In this document: piece after piece, positions 49,360 to 58,847 of the stretch | How positions within the stretch are numbered: position 1 is the first letter of the stretch | How the letters are laid out: each line of letters begins with the position of its first letter | Origin: Elusimicrobiota bacterium | GTDB taxonomy: Bacteria > Elusimicrobiota > Elusimicrobia > UBA1565 > UBA9628 | Direction of reading: 5' to 3' | DNA length: 64,000 nucleotides | Assembly (NCBI GenBank): GCA_016182905.1 | Contig: JACPFR010000005.1 | Coordinates: 76,185-140,184 of the forward strand | Translations under genes and position numbers: made by a program | Notes under the pieces: model-generated | Database searches by the model: none | Told to the model about the DNA's origin: nothing | The model's input: the letters and a program-made list of their open reading frames with translations, nothing else

Positions 49360-50355
49360 ATGACGCGCTTCAACCGGAACCAAGTGGACATCGACCCGGC
49401 CGCGGAGACGGCCCGCATCGTGGATTTCCTGCGGCGGAACGTCCGCCGGGAGATGAAGCGCAGGGGGGCCGTGGTGGGGATCAGCGGCGGCATCGACTCG
49501 GCCGTCGTGCTGGCCCTGTCCGTGCGCGCCTTCGGCGCGGGCAACGTCACCGCGGTGATGATGCCCGATCGCGATTCCGACTCCCTCAGCGAGAAGCTCG
49601 GGCGCGAGCTGGCCGCCGCCTACGGCGTCGAGCCGCTCCTGGAGGACATCACCAAGGCCCTGGACGGCTTCGACTGCTACCGGCGCCGGGACGACGCGAT
49701 CCGCCGGGTCTGCCCGGGATACGACGCCGACGCGGGCTGGAAGGCCAAGATCGTCCTCCCTCAGGACCTCCTCGAGTCCGGCTCGTTCAACGTCTACTCC
49801 GTCACCGTCATCGCCCCGGACGGCCGGGAGGAGACCCTCCCGCTGGGGGCGCGCGAGATGCTGGAGATAGTCGCCGCGTCGAACCTCAAGCAGCGCTCGC
49901 GCATGAGCATGCTGTATTTCCACGCCGAGGCGCGGCAGTTCGCCGTGATCGGCACGTCGAACAAGAACGAGCACGCCCAGGGCTTCTTCGTCAAGCACGG
50001 GGACGGGGGGGTGGACATCCAGGCGATCGCGCATCTGTTCAAGACCCAGGTCTATCAGCTCGCGCGGCACCTCGGCGTGCCGGAGAGCATCCAGCGGCGC
50101 ACGCCCACGACCGACACCTACAGCGCTCCCTGCGACCAGGCCGAGTTCTTCTTCCGGCTGCCTTTCTCGACCTTGGACCCGATCTGGTTCGCGCGGGAGA
50201 ACGACGTCCCCGTGCCCGAGGTCGCGAGCGGCATGGGCCTGCCCGAGGTGCAGGTCCAGCGGGTCTTCGACGACATCGCGGGCAAGCAGCGAGCCACCGA
50301 GTACCTGCGGCTCAGCCCGCCGATCCTCGAGCCGGCCAAGACGGCCTACGCGTGA
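49360..50355 (+). CDS. NAD+ synthetase (NadE) family PP-loop amidoligase
   Basis: GISGGIDSAV PP-loop and the NadE C-terminal pattern (FFVKHGDGGVDIQAI ... TPTTDTY). Confidence 0.75.
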   Translation: MTRFNRNQVDIDPAAETARIVDFLRRNVRREMKRRGAVVGISGGIDSAVVLALSVRAFGAGNVTAVMMPDRDSDSLSEKLGRELAAAYGVEPLLEDITKALDGFDCYRRRDDAIRRVCPGYDADAGWKAKIVLPQDLLESGSFNVYSVTVIAPDGREETLPLGAREMLEIVAASNLKQRSRMSMLYFHAEARQFAVIGTSNKNEHAQGFFVKHGDGGVDIQAIAHLFKTQVYQLARHLGVPESIQRRTPTTDTYSAPCDQAEFFFRLPFSTLDPIWFARENDVPVPEVASGMGLPEVQVQRVFDDIAGKQRATEYLRLSPPILEPAKTAYA

Positions 50356-50370
50356 ACGGAGGAGACATCA

Positions 50371-50667
50371 ATGGATAAGAACGCGAACGATCAGCACATC
50401 GAGACGGCGATACGGGGCTTCATCGCGACCGATCTCCTGTACAGCGAGGAGGGCTTCACCTATTCCGACGACGTCTCCTTGATCCGCGAGCGGATCATCG
50501 ATTCTCTCGGGGTCGTGGAGCTGGCGGCCTTCCTGTCCCGGCGCTTCGGCGTGCGCGTCGAGCAGTCGGAGGTCCGGCCGGAGAACTTCGACACGGTGAC
50601 GCGGCTGGCGGCCTTCGTGCGCCTCAAGCAGGCCGCGGCGCGCCCCGAAACGCTCGCGGCGGCCTGA
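50371..50667 (+). CDS. acyl carrier protein-like
   Basis: 98 aa with a phosphopantetheine attachment motif (IIDSLGVVELAAFLS). Confidence 0.7.
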   Translation: MDKNANDQHIETAIRGFIATDLLYSEEGFTYSDDVSLIRERIIDSLGVVELAAFLSRRFGVRVEQSEVRPENFDTVTRLAAFVRLKQAAARPETLAAA

Positions 50668-50680
50668 GAGGAGAGCCTTC

Positions 50681-51592
50681 ATGGGAAAGAACCTGCTCAG
50701 CCCGGTCCGGGCCTCGCACCTGAGCCGGGCGCTGGGGCTCGAGCTCCTCGGCGAGGACCGCGAGATCCGGGAGCTGTGCGGCCTGGAGGCTCTCTCGGGC
50801 CACGGGCTGTCCTTCTCGCTGGACCGCAGCCCCGGGGCGGCCAGCTCCGGGACGGTCTTCGCCTCCGAGCCGTCGGCGTCGAGCTCCCTGACCGTCCTGC
50901 GCGCGGACAAGCCGAGGCTGGAGTTCATCCGCGCCCAGCACCTGCTCCAGGAGTCCCCGGGCTTCGAGGAGGACTCGGCGCCGCCCGACATCCATCCCAC
51001 CGCGCGGATCGGCCTCCACGCGGTCATCGAGAGCGGGGTGCGCATCGGGGAGGGGACCCGCGTCGGCAGCCTGGCGGTGATCAAGAGCGGCACGCGCATC
51101 GGCCGCCGCTGCGACATCAAGTCGGGGGCCGTGATCGGGGAGTCCGGGTTCGGCTTCGAGCGCGACGGCGCCAACCGGGCGCTGCGCATGATCCACATCG
51201 GGCGGGTGGTCATCGGCGACCACGTGGAGATCGGGAGCCTGACGACCGTCTGCCGCGGGGCCCTGGGGGACACGGTCATCGAGGATCACGTCAAGATCGA
51301 CGACCACTGCCACATCTCCCACAATTGCCGCATCGGCGAGGGCGCGATGATCACGGCCTGCGTAGCGGTCAGCGGCTCGGTCGCGATCGGCCGCGACGCC
51401 TGGCTCGCTCCGGGCTGCGCGCTCGTGCAGAAGTTATCCGTCGGCGCGGGCGCCTTCATCGGCATCGGCGCGGTGGTGACGCGCAGCGTCCCGGCCCGGG
51501 CCCGCGTCTTCGGCAACCCCGCGAAGCCCATTCCCGTGCTGGGCGCGCCCGCCGAGGGCCGCCGGCACGGGTCGCGGCGGAAGGACCGCTGA
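50681..51592 (+). CDS. LpxD-like left-handed beta-helix (hexapeptide repeat) N-acyltransferase
   Basis: Successive [LIV]-G-x-x-x-x hexapeptide repeats (IESGVRIGEGTRVGSLAVIKSGTRIGRRCDIKSGAVIGESGFGFER ... VIGDHVEIGSLTTV ... IEDHVKIDDHCHISHNCRIGEGAMI) with a His typical of LpxD catalysis. Confidence 0.75.
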   Translation: MGKNLLSPVRASHLSRALGLELLGEDREIRELCGLEALSGHGLSFSLDRSPGAASSGTVFASEPSASSSLTVLRADKPRLEFIRAQHLLQESPGFEEDSAPPDIHPTARIGLHAVIESGVRIGEGTRVGSLAVIKSGTRIGRRCDIKSGAVIGESGFGFERDGANRALRMIHIGRVVIGDHVEIGSLTTVCRGALGDTVIEDHVKIDDHCHISHNCRIGEGAMITACVAVSGSVAIGRDAWLAPGCALVQKLSVGAGAFIGIGAVVTRSVPARARVFGNPAKPIPVLGAPAEGRRHGSRRKDR

Positions 51593-51618
51593 CGGCACCG
51601 GCTCGTCCGCCGCCGCCG

Positions 51619-52113
51619 TCAGCGGTGGCGGCGGTCGCGCGCGGTGCCGCGCGGCGGCTTCCTCCGATCCTTATCCCGATCCCGCTCCTGCTCCCCCGCG
51701 CCGCCGGCGGCGACCGTCTCCGGGGGCCGGGAGGTCCCCGTCACGGAGCGCAGGACGGAGAGCAGCTCGTCGTCGTCGGCCGGCTTGAGCAGCACCTTCG
51801 AGACGCCTTCCTCGTCCGCCCGGCGATGAAGGTCCTCGGTGGACCACGCGGTCATGACCACGATCGGCGTGCTTCGGGTCTCCGGGTCGTCGCGCAGCCG
51901 GCGGCACATCTCCCAGCCGTCCACGCGCGGCATCGCGATGTCGAGCAGGATGACCTCGGGCTTGAAGGCGGAGGCCTTCCTCAGCCCCTCGTCGCCGTCA
52001 TGGGCGACGGCAACCGTGAACCCCCAGCCCGACGATAGGCGTATCGCGAGCGCCTCGGTCAGGTCGCTCTCGTCGTCGACGATGAGCACTCGTCTACTTT
52101 TCAGATGCGTCAT
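51619..52113 (-). CDS. response regulator receiver protein (CheY-like, stand-alone)
   Basis: RVLIVDDE ... LLDIAMPRVDGWEM ... VVMTA ... K pattern. Confidence 0.8.
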   Translation of the reverse strand: MTHLKSRRVLIVDDESDLTEALAIRLSSGWGFTVAVAHDGDEGLRKASAFKPEVILLDIAMPRVDGWEMCRRLRDDPETRSTPIVVMTAWSTEDLHRRADEEGVSKVLLKPADDDELLSVLRSVTGTSRPPETVAAGGAGEQERDRDKDRRKPPRGTARDRRHR

Positions 52114-53554
52114 GGCGTCCTCCGGCCGCGGCCGCCGCGGCCTGCGCGGCGACCGGCAGCGCGATGTTGAAGCCCGCTCCCCGGCCCGCGACGTTCTCCG
52201 CCCAGATGCGGCCGCCGTTGATGGTCATGATCTCCCGGCAGATGGCCAGGCCCAATCCCGTTCCTTTGTAGCCCTCGCCGCCCTTCGGGCGGTCGAGCTG
52301 GACGAACTTGTTGAAGAGGTCCGCGCTCCGTCCCTCGGGGATGCCCTTGCCGTCGTCGATGACGCTGATGACGACCTCCTCGGCGACGCGCTTGACCCGG
52401 ATCTCGACGCGCTCCCGCGCGTAGCGCAGGGCGTTGTCGAGCAGGTTCGACAGGACCTGCGAGATCATGTCCCGGTCGGCCTTCACGCGCGGCAGGCCCT
52501 TCGCCGCGTCCACCGTCAGGGAGACGCTCCGGCTCCGGTAGGTCATGCGCAGGTCGTCGGCGATCTCCCGCACCAGCTCCCCGGGGTCGAGCGGGGCGAG
52601 GTCGGCCAGCGCGTTCCCGGACTCGAGGCGCGACAGGTCGAGGAAGTTCGAGAGGATGCGCGCCAGCCGGGAGACGTTCCGGTCGGCCATGCGGATCATC
52701 TTCTCCTGGTCCTCGGTCAGCGGGCCGGCGAGGCGGTCGCGGATCGTGCCGACGGCCATCTTGATGATGCTCAGCGGCGTGCGCAGCTCGTGCGAGACCG
52801 TGCTGAGCAGCTTGTCCTTGAGCTGATCCATGCGCCGGCGCTCCTTGACCTCGGCCCGGACCTGCTCGAGCTTGCGCAGCTCGGTGATGTCCCGGATCGA
52901 GACCAGGCGCGCCGGGGCGCCCCGCCATTCGACCGGGGCGGCGCGAAGCTCGGCCGTGACCGGCCCCTTCGCCCCGCGCAGCTCGATCTCGGTCGCGCCT
53001 TCGCCCCGGATGGGATGCTCGAAGAGCCGCCCCTGCACCTGCTCGGCCTTGCGGTCGAGCAGGGCCAGCGCGGCGGGGTTGGCGTACCGGACCATGCGCT
53101 CCGAGTCGACGATGACGATGCCGTCCGGCGACGCGGCGACGAGGCTCTCCATCTGCCGGAACAGCCGGCTGCGCTCGAGCGCGAAGCCGACCGCGCGGCT
53201 CAGCTGCTGCTGGTCGACCTTGCTCTTGATCAGGAAGTCCTGAGCGCCCTCGCCGATGGCCTTGAGCCCCGTTTCCTCCAGCGCGAGGTTGGTCAGCACG
53301 ACGACCGGGACCCCGGGCGCGCGCCGGCGCAGCGCGGCCAAGGTCTCCAGCCCCTGGCTGTCCGGGAGCATCAGGTCGAGCAGGACGATGTCGAACTCGC
53401 GGCGGGCGAGCAGGTCGAGTCCCTGGGCGAGGCTGACGGCGCTCTCCACCTCGTGCTTCATGGACCCGCCGCACGCCTCGTCGATGTACAGGTTCATCAG
53501 CAAAGTGTAGTCGGGATCGTCCTCGATCAGCAGGATCCTTATGTTTTTGTCCAT
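52094..53554 (-). CDS. hybrid response-regulator receiver / PAS / histidine kinase
   Basis: N-terminal receiver (ILLIEDDPDY ... LLDLMLPDSQG), PAS-like middle, H-box (SHELRTPLS), HATPase (GTGLGLAICREIMTINGGRI). GGAGGA RBS before MDKNIRILL. Confidence 0.8.
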   Translation of the reverse strand: MDKNIRILLIEDDPDYTLLMNLYIDEACGGSMKHEVESAVSLAQGLDLLARREFDIVLLDLMLPDSQGLETLAALRRRAPGVPVVVLTNLALEETGLKAIGEGAQDFLIKSKVDQQQLSRAVGFALERSRLFRQMESLVAASPDGIVIVDSERMVRYANPAALALLDRKAEQVQGRLFEHPIRGEGATEIELRGAKGPVTAELRAAPVEWRGAPARLVSIRDITELRKLEQVRAEVKERRRMDQLKDKLLSTVSHELRTPLSIIKMAVGTIRDRLAGPLTEDQEKMIRMADRNVSRLARILSNFLDLSRLESGNALADLAPLDPGELVREIADDLRMTYRSRSVSLTVDAAKGLPRVKADRDMISQVLSNLLDNALRYARERVEIRVKRVAEEVVISVIDDGKGIPEGRSADLFNKFVQLDRPKGGEGYKGTGLGLAICREIMTINGGRIWAENVAGRGAGFNIALPVAAQAAAAAAGGRHDASEK

Positions 53555-54012
53555 GTCGCTCCTCCGCCGCCCGGAAGCTCGACCATCTCGAGCCAGTAGC
53601 ATCTGAGTAGATTGGCCGCCGACACGAAATCGGCGAACGTCACCGGCTTATGGATGAAGGAGCAGGCTCCGAGGTCGTACGAGCGGATGACGTCCTCCTC
53701 GGCGCTCGAGGTGGTCATCACGATGATCGGTATCCGCCTCAGCTCCGGGTCGGCCTTGATCCTCGCGAGCGCCTCGCGGCCGTCCATGCGCGGCATGTTG
53801 AGGTCCAGGATCACGAGGCGCGCCCCGCTCGGGGAGGCGGCGCCGTCCTTCGCCGGGCTCCGCTTCAGCGTCTCGAGCAGCTCCTCGCCGTTCTTGACCC
53901 AGACGAGCTCGTTGCGCAGGCCGGCTTTCTCGAACGCGCTCTTGGTCAGGAAATAGTCGTCCTCGTCGTCCTCGGCGATGATCAGCTGAACGCTTTTTCT
54001 TGGGGCTGCCAT
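53539..54012 (-). CDS. response regulator receiver protein
   Basis: 157 aa (QLIIAEDDEDDYFL ... VILDLNMPRMDGREAL ... IIVMTTS ... K). C-terminal part of the long 723-aa ORF, whose upstream portion is an alternate frame of the kinase gene. Confidence 0.75.
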   Translation of the reverse strand: MAAPRKSVQLIIAEDDEDDYFLTKSAFEKAGLRNELVWVKNGEELLETLKRSPAKDGAASPSGARLVILDLNMPRMDGREALARIKADPELRRIPIIVMTTSSAEEDVIRSYDLGACSFIHKPVTFADFVSAANLLRCYWLEMVELPGGGGATWTKT

Positions 54013-55703
54013 GCCATCCTCCCTTCCTGCGAGACGGGCAGGACCACCTTGAACTCGGCGCCGCGCCCCGGAGCGCTCGCCGCGCCGATCGTCCCGCCGT
54101 GGCGGGAGACGATCTTCCGGCAGATCGCCAGGCCCATCCCGGTGCCTTGGTATTCGGCGCTGGACTGCAGCCGCTGGAACGGCTGGAAGATCCGCTCCGC
54201 GAACTTCATGTCGAAGCCGACGCCGTTGTCGGAGACGACGAGCTCGCACAGCCCGTCCTCCGTCGCCTTCCCGCTCACGCGCACGCGGGGCGCCGCGCCG
54301 GGCGCGTGGAATTTGACGGCGTTGGACAGGAGGTTCTGGAGCAGCTGGCGCATCTGCAGGGGATCGGCGCTGATCCGCGGGAGGTCTCCGATCTCGACGC
54401 GGGCCCGCGCGCGGGAGATCTCGTGGTCGAGGCTCTCCACGACGTCCCGGGTCAGCGCCCCCAGGTCCACGACCTCCGCCGGGGCGCCGCGCGTCGACAC
54501 CCGCGAGAGCGCCAGGAGCGCGTCGATGAGGCTCTGCATCCCGTCGACGGCGCGGAGCATGCGGCGAAGATAATCGCGGCCCTCCTCGTCGAGCTTTCCT
54601 TCGACCTTCTCCTGGAGCCGGCTGCCGAAGGCCTTGACCTTGTGCAGGGGCGCGCTGAGGTCGTGCGAGGCCACGTAGGCGAACTGGCTGAGCTCCTGGT
54701 TCGAGCGGCTCAGCTCGGCCGTGCGCCGCTCGAGCTCCTGCGCCCGGGCGCGGCGCTGCTCGTTCCTCCGCTCGGTGACGTTCTCGAAGGCGACGCCGAC
54801 CTCGGGACCGCCGAGCGGGAAGACGTTCACGTTGAAATAGGCTCCCGGAGCGTGCCGGCTCGTGAACTCGTGGAGGACGCGGCTCTCCCCGGTCTTGAGC
54901 GCCGACACGCAGGCCGCGGGGAGCTCGGTCGCGAAGGACTCGGGGGAGAACTCGCTCAGCAGGGCCCCCGCCGCGCGCGCGCCTTCGGCCCCGGCCAGGG
55001 ACCGCCCCGCCGCGTTCAGGCTGACGACGCGCAGCGACGCGGCCTTTTCGGGCTCGTCGAGGCGCAGGATCAGGAGGCCGATCGGCAGGCGGTCGAACAG
55101 CCGTCCGCTGAACTCCGGCGGAGCGGCCGCCGAGCGGCGCGCGCCGAAGGGCGGCGGCCGGGCGCCGGCCAGGAGCAGCGGCGCGACGACGAGAAGGCCC
55201 GAGGCGTTGCCGATCCACCAGATCGCGGCGGCCCGCGCCCAATCGAGGCCCGGGGGCGCGCCGGCGGCGGCGAGCGCGAGCAGCTCGAAGCCCGGGCTGA
55301 CCAAGGCGATCAGCGCCGCCGCGGCCCATAAGAACGCCGCCGATCCCGCGCGGCGGAAGACGGCCGCTCCCATCAGGGCCTGCGCGGCGGCTCCCAGCCC
55401 GGCCAAGGCCATCGCCGTCAGGCCGGGGACGAGGGCCGCGCCGGCGCCGGCGGACGAGGGCCGCTCGTAGGCCAGCGCGGCGCCGAAGAAGACGCCGAAG
55501 GCGGCGCCCGGCCCCCACAGCGCCGTCGCCGCGAGCGCGAATCCGGCCGCGGGCCAGAAGGGGGCGGCGTCGGCGGGGCCGGTCGAGAGGTTCAGGCCCG
55601 CGCGGGAGAGCGCATAGACGCCGACGGCCGAGGCGCACGCCAAGAGCCACTGCTCCAACGCCTCCCGGCCGCGGAACGCCGGCCGGGACTCTTGACCCCC
55701 CAT
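53982..55703 (-). CDS. sensor histidine kinase with N-terminal multi-TM (MASE1-like) sensing domain
   Basis: N-terminal about 200 aa of hydrophobic helices. H-box (ASHDLSAPLHKV), N/G boxes (LLSNAVKFHAP ... VSDNGVGFD ... GTGMGLAICRKIV). Confidence 0.8.
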   Translation of the reverse strand: MGGQESRPAFRGREALEQWLLACASAVGVYALSRAGLNLSTGPADAAPFWPAAGFALAATALWGPGAAFGVFFGAALAYERPSSAGAGAALVPGLTAMALAGLGAAAQALMGAAVFRRAGSAAFLWAAAALIALVSPGFELLALAAAGAPPGLDWARAAAIWWIGNASGLLVVAPLLLAGARPPPFGARRSAAAPPEFSGRLFDRLPIGLLILRLDEPEKAASLRVVSLNAAGRSLAGAEGARAAGALLSEFSPESFATELPAACVSALKTGESRVLHEFTSRHAPGAYFNVNVFPLGGPEVGVAFENVTERRNEQRRARAQELERRTAELSRSNQELSQFAYVASHDLSAPLHKVKAFGSRLQEKVEGKLDEEGRDYLRRMLRAVDGMQSLIDALLALSRVSTRGAPAEVVDLGALTRDVVESLDHEISRARARVEIGDLPRISADPLQMRQLLQNLLSNAVKFHAPGAAPRVRVSGKATEDGLCELVVSDNGVGFDMKFAERIFQPFQRLQSSAEYQGTGMGLAICRKIVSRHGGTIGAASAPGRGAEFKVVLPVSQEGRMAWQPQEKAFS

Positions 55704-55808
55704 GGTCCACCTCCCGATGATCCCCTAATACGAGGTTACTCGGAATGAAGGCGCAAGCCCATGGATGGCGTGTAAAGCTATTGCGCTCGGCCCGTCACAC
55801 GCGGCCCG

Positions 55809-56414
55809 TCAGGACGCGCCGAGGGCGAGGCAGACCCGCTCGCCGGACGGCAAGCGGACGTCGATGGGCGACTTGCCGGGCTGCGGCGCGGGGGGAGCGG
55901 CGCAGTCCACGCGGGTGAACACCAGCTGCAGGCTTTCCGACGTCTCCGCGCCGAGCCGCGCCGGGTCGAGCATCTTGTCCACGATGGTGTGATAGCGCTT
56001 CAGGATCGGAACGCGCTCTTCCTTGAACCAGCGCCAGTAGGCCGAGTCGGGGAATTCCCGCCGCTGATAGAGGTCCGCGCTCTCGATCGCGCCCCGATCC
56101 ACCCACTGGATCCAGTTCCGGGCTCCGGCGTCGAGGTAGCCGAACTCGCTGCCCGCCGGCTCGTCCTGAGCCAGCTCCTGGGTGTGATAGAGGATGGCCA
56201 CCGGCGTCTTCGTGCCGGGGGCGTAAAGGACGTGGCCGTGGTCGAAATCACGCTCGTCGCCGAGATGGCGGAACGCCTTCATGTAGAGCTTGTCGACGAA
56301 CCCCTGGAGAAGGGTCTGCATCCGGGCGGGCTCGATGCCTCCGGCGGGAGAGGCGGCGCGCGAGGGGGCGGCGATCGCGAAGGACAATATGAGGAACAGG
56401 AGTCGTATCGGCAT
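55809..56414 (-). CDS. secreted hypothetical protein
   Basis: Signal peptide (LLFLILSFAIAAPSRAAS), 201 aa, no recognisable motif. Confidence 0.5.
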   Translation of the reverse strand: MPIRLLFLILSFAIAAPSRAASPAGGIEPARMQTLLQGFVDKLYMKAFRHLGDERDFDHGHVLYAPGTKTPVAILYHTQELAQDEPAGSEFGYLDAGARNWIQWVDRGAIESADLYQRREFPDSAYWRWFKEERVPILKRYHTIVDKMLDPARLGAETSESLQLVFTRVDCAAPPAPQPGKSPIDVRLPSGERVCLALGAS

Positions 56415-56553
56415 TGTTGAAAGGATATGTTTTTCATGTTACAGCCGTATTGCTTCATCCGCCGATCAAAATACCGTCACCCGGCCGCCATGGCCAAGGC
56501 GGGGGAGGCCTTGTATATTGCCCTCAGGCTCGACGATGGGCAAGGAGGCGGCC

Positions 56554-57678
56554 ATGCTGGAGACGAACATCGGCGCATTGGCGTTATTCGTTCTGCTGGG
56601 CGGCGCGCGCGCGCAGATCCAAGCGGCGCCGGAGGAGGCCGCGCCCCGGCTCCAGATCACGCGCATGGGCGGACGCGTCGAGGTCGAGCCCGGGAGCTCC
56701 GGCGAGAGCGCCGCGCCGAGCCTTCCCTACCTTCCTTCGGGCTCGATCGTCCGGGTGCGCTCGGGCTTCGCCGTGCTGGACTCCGACTACCACGCGAGCG
56801 TGCGCGCCGCGGAGGGCGACGTCTTCCAGTTCCTGGCCATACGGCCGGAGGGAAGCCGGTCGGGGACCATGCGGATCGCCGCGGTCGAGAAGGAGCCCCG
56901 GTCGCTCGAGGTCAGCGTCGGCGACCGCAAGTTCCGCCTCCGGAAGGGCGGGGCGATCTCGGTCACCTCGGTCTGGGCGGGCGAGATGCTCGTCCGCAGC
57001 GAGGGCGCCGGGGCCTTCCTCGCGCCGGGGAGCCTGGCCAACGACGGCTCGATCCTCTCCGAGGTGCGCCGGATGCCCCCCGGGGACGCCGTCACCGTGA
57101 TCGTGCCGGAGGCGGCCGGATTCGAGCATCCCGCGATCGAGCGCTCGAAGCTCGACGTCTCGGGCGGCGGCGGCCGGACCCTCGTCGTCGAGGCGGCCCG
57201 GCCCGCGGAGCCCGCGCTGCGCGCCCGGGAGGCCGAGGCCCGGCGCATCCTCACCGGCTGGCCCGTGACGGCGCAGAGGACCGCGGAGGTCATCATGGAG
57301 AAGTACGGGCCGCCGGACCTGGCCATCTCGGACCGCCTCTCCTGGTACGACAACGCCCCGTGGAAGATCACCACCGTCTATCGCGATCCCAACGAGCACA
57401 TCGACGTCCTCGAGCAGACGATCGGCTACTCGGTGCCTCGGGACAAGGTGCAGGCGCTGGCCGAGCTCGACGTCGCGCTGCGGCTGAGCCGGGACGGCCG
57501 GGAACTGTCGGCGACCAGCGAGTCGGAGGAGACGAACTTCCTGGCCTTGAACCTCGCCGACGACGTCGTCCGGGAGCGGCGGTCGCCCGGCGAGGCGCGC
57601 GGGTTCTACCTCAAGACCGTCATCCAGATGAACGCCGGGAGATCCTCACCGTACCTCAAGGGCCTGCGCTTCCGCTGA
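56554..57678 (+). CDS. secreted hypothetical protein
   Basis: AAGGAGG RBS before MLETNIGALALFVLLGGARAQ (signal peptide). About 374 aa. The longer upstream extension of the ORF is rejected. Confidence 0.5.
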   Translation: MLETNIGALALFVLLGGARAQIQAAPEEAAPRLQITRMGGRVEVEPGSSGESAAPSLPYLPSGSIVRVRSGFAVLDSDYHASVRAAEGDVFQFLAIRPEGSRSGTMRIAAVEKEPRSLEVSVGDRKFRLRKGGAISVTSVWAGEMLVRSEGAGAFLAPGSLANDGSILSEVRRMPPGDAVTVIVPEAAGFEHPAIERSKLDVSGGGGRTLVVEAARPAEPALRAREAEARRILTGWPVTAQRTAEVIMEKYGPPDLAISDRLSWYDNAPWKITTVYRDPNEHIDVLEQTIGYSVPRDKVQALAELDVALRLSRDGRELSATSESEETNFLALNLADDVVRERRSPGEARGFYLKTVIQMNAGRSSPYLKGLRFR

Positions 57679-57733
57679 GGCGCGGCCGCCCCGAGTGGGC
57701 CCGGGCGCGCGAGCGCGCCCGGGCCTCGCGGCG

Positions 57734-58021
57734 CTAGCCCCGGACCGTGAACAGCCGCGGCTGGGTGACGAGCATCGAGCCGTCGGCTTCGATCACGCGC
57801 GACACCGCGATGTGGTCGCCCTCGTCCTGCGGGGTCCAATCGAACCACCAGTAGCCGGCGTCCATGCGGCAGGGCTTCCATTCCCCGTCGTCGATGGAGA
57901 GGCGGACCTCCTTCGCGTCGGACGGGGCCGTGACGCGGAAGCTGTAGTCCTGGCCGGGAGCGAGCGTCTCTCCCGCGCGCGGATAATCGACGCCGACGGT
58001 CTTCAGCGGAGCTTGGATCAT
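57734..58021 (-). CDS. small Ig-like protein, paralog family member 2 (GYWWFDW motif)
   Basis: YSFRVTAPSDAKEVRLSIDDGEWKPCRMDAGYWWFDWTPQDEGDHIAV. AGGAGA RBS before MIQAPL. Confidence 0.6.
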   Translation of the reverse strand: MIQAPLKTVGVDYPRAGETLAPGQDYSFRVTAPSDAKEVRLSIDDGEWKPCRMDAGYWWFDWTPQDEGDHIAVSRVIEADGSMLVTQPRLFTVRG

Positions 58022-58105
58022 GGGGTGTCTCCTGTGCGAGGTTGATTTGCGAGCGGTCATTCTAAGGATGCCGGCTGCCGGCCGGGCGGTCTCCGCCCTC
58101 CTGCC

Positions 58106-58651
58106 TTAATTCGCGACCGGCACGCGCGTCCGAGGGAAATCCATCTTCGTCGCCGCCACGTGGTTGGTGTAGTTGGTGAAGATGTTCATGACGGTCGAGG
58201 CGACGATCTCGAGGACGGCGGCGTTGCCGAAGCCGGCGGCCTTGAGCGCGGCGACCTCCGAGTCGCTGACCCGGCCGCGCTTCTGCACGAGCGCCTTCGC
58301 GAAGCGGAGAGCCGCGAGGGTCTTGGGATCGGCGGAGTCCCCCGCCTGGGCGCGCAGCAGCTCCGCTTCGTCCACCTTGAGGTTCTTGCCGGCCTCCGTG
58401 TGGACGGCCAGGCAGTACTCGCTCTCGTTCTCCGAGGCCACCGCCACGGCCAGCAGCTCCCGCAGCCGGGTGTCGAGGGACGTCTGGGAGAGCGCGTCGT
58501 GCAGGCGCATGTACGCGTTCAGCACCGCGGGCGAGTTCGCCATCGTCGCGTGCAGGTTCGGCACGCGTCCCATCTTCCGCTGCACCGCGTCGAGCTGCTC
58601 CCTCGTCCTCCCCGCCGCCTTCGACAAGTCCGCCGCCGGAATCCTCTGCAT
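58106..58651 (-). CDS. carboxymuconolactone decarboxylase (CMD/AhpD-like) family protein
   Basis: CMD core (LRELLAVAVASENESEYCLAVHTEAG). Start set at MQRIPAADL; the upstream part of the 257-aa ORF is rejected. Confidence 0.65.
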   Translation of the reverse strand: MQRIPAADLSKAAGRTREQLDAVQRKMGRVPNLHATMANSPAVLNAYMRLHDALSQTSLDTRLRELLAVAVASENESEYCLAVHTEAGKNLKVDEAELLRAQAGDSADPKTLAALRFAKALVQKRGRVSDSEVAALKAAGFGNAAVLEIVASTVMNIFTNYTNHVAATKMDFPRTRVPVAN

Positions 58652-58847
58652 GGCCGCCTCCTGGTTCGATGTTCGTGCGCGTCGGGATGATTCTAGCGCA
58701 GCCGCCGTTGACGGTTCCGTACCAATCCATTGACGGCCGCGCCCCGCGCTCCGGCGACGTCCTCCCAACGAAAGGGTTACATCCCGGCCATGGCCTCCCC
58801 GCGCGGCGGCTCCTATAATCTTCGCGACGGCGGCGCCCGGAGGACGT

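Noticed and set aside
47055-49550. 831-aa minus ORF and 665-aa plus ORF 47366..49363 overlapping asnB-like gene
   Set aside because: Alternate frames of a gene with an unambiguous Ntn-Cys start and PP-loop motif; composition is R/P-rich nonsense.
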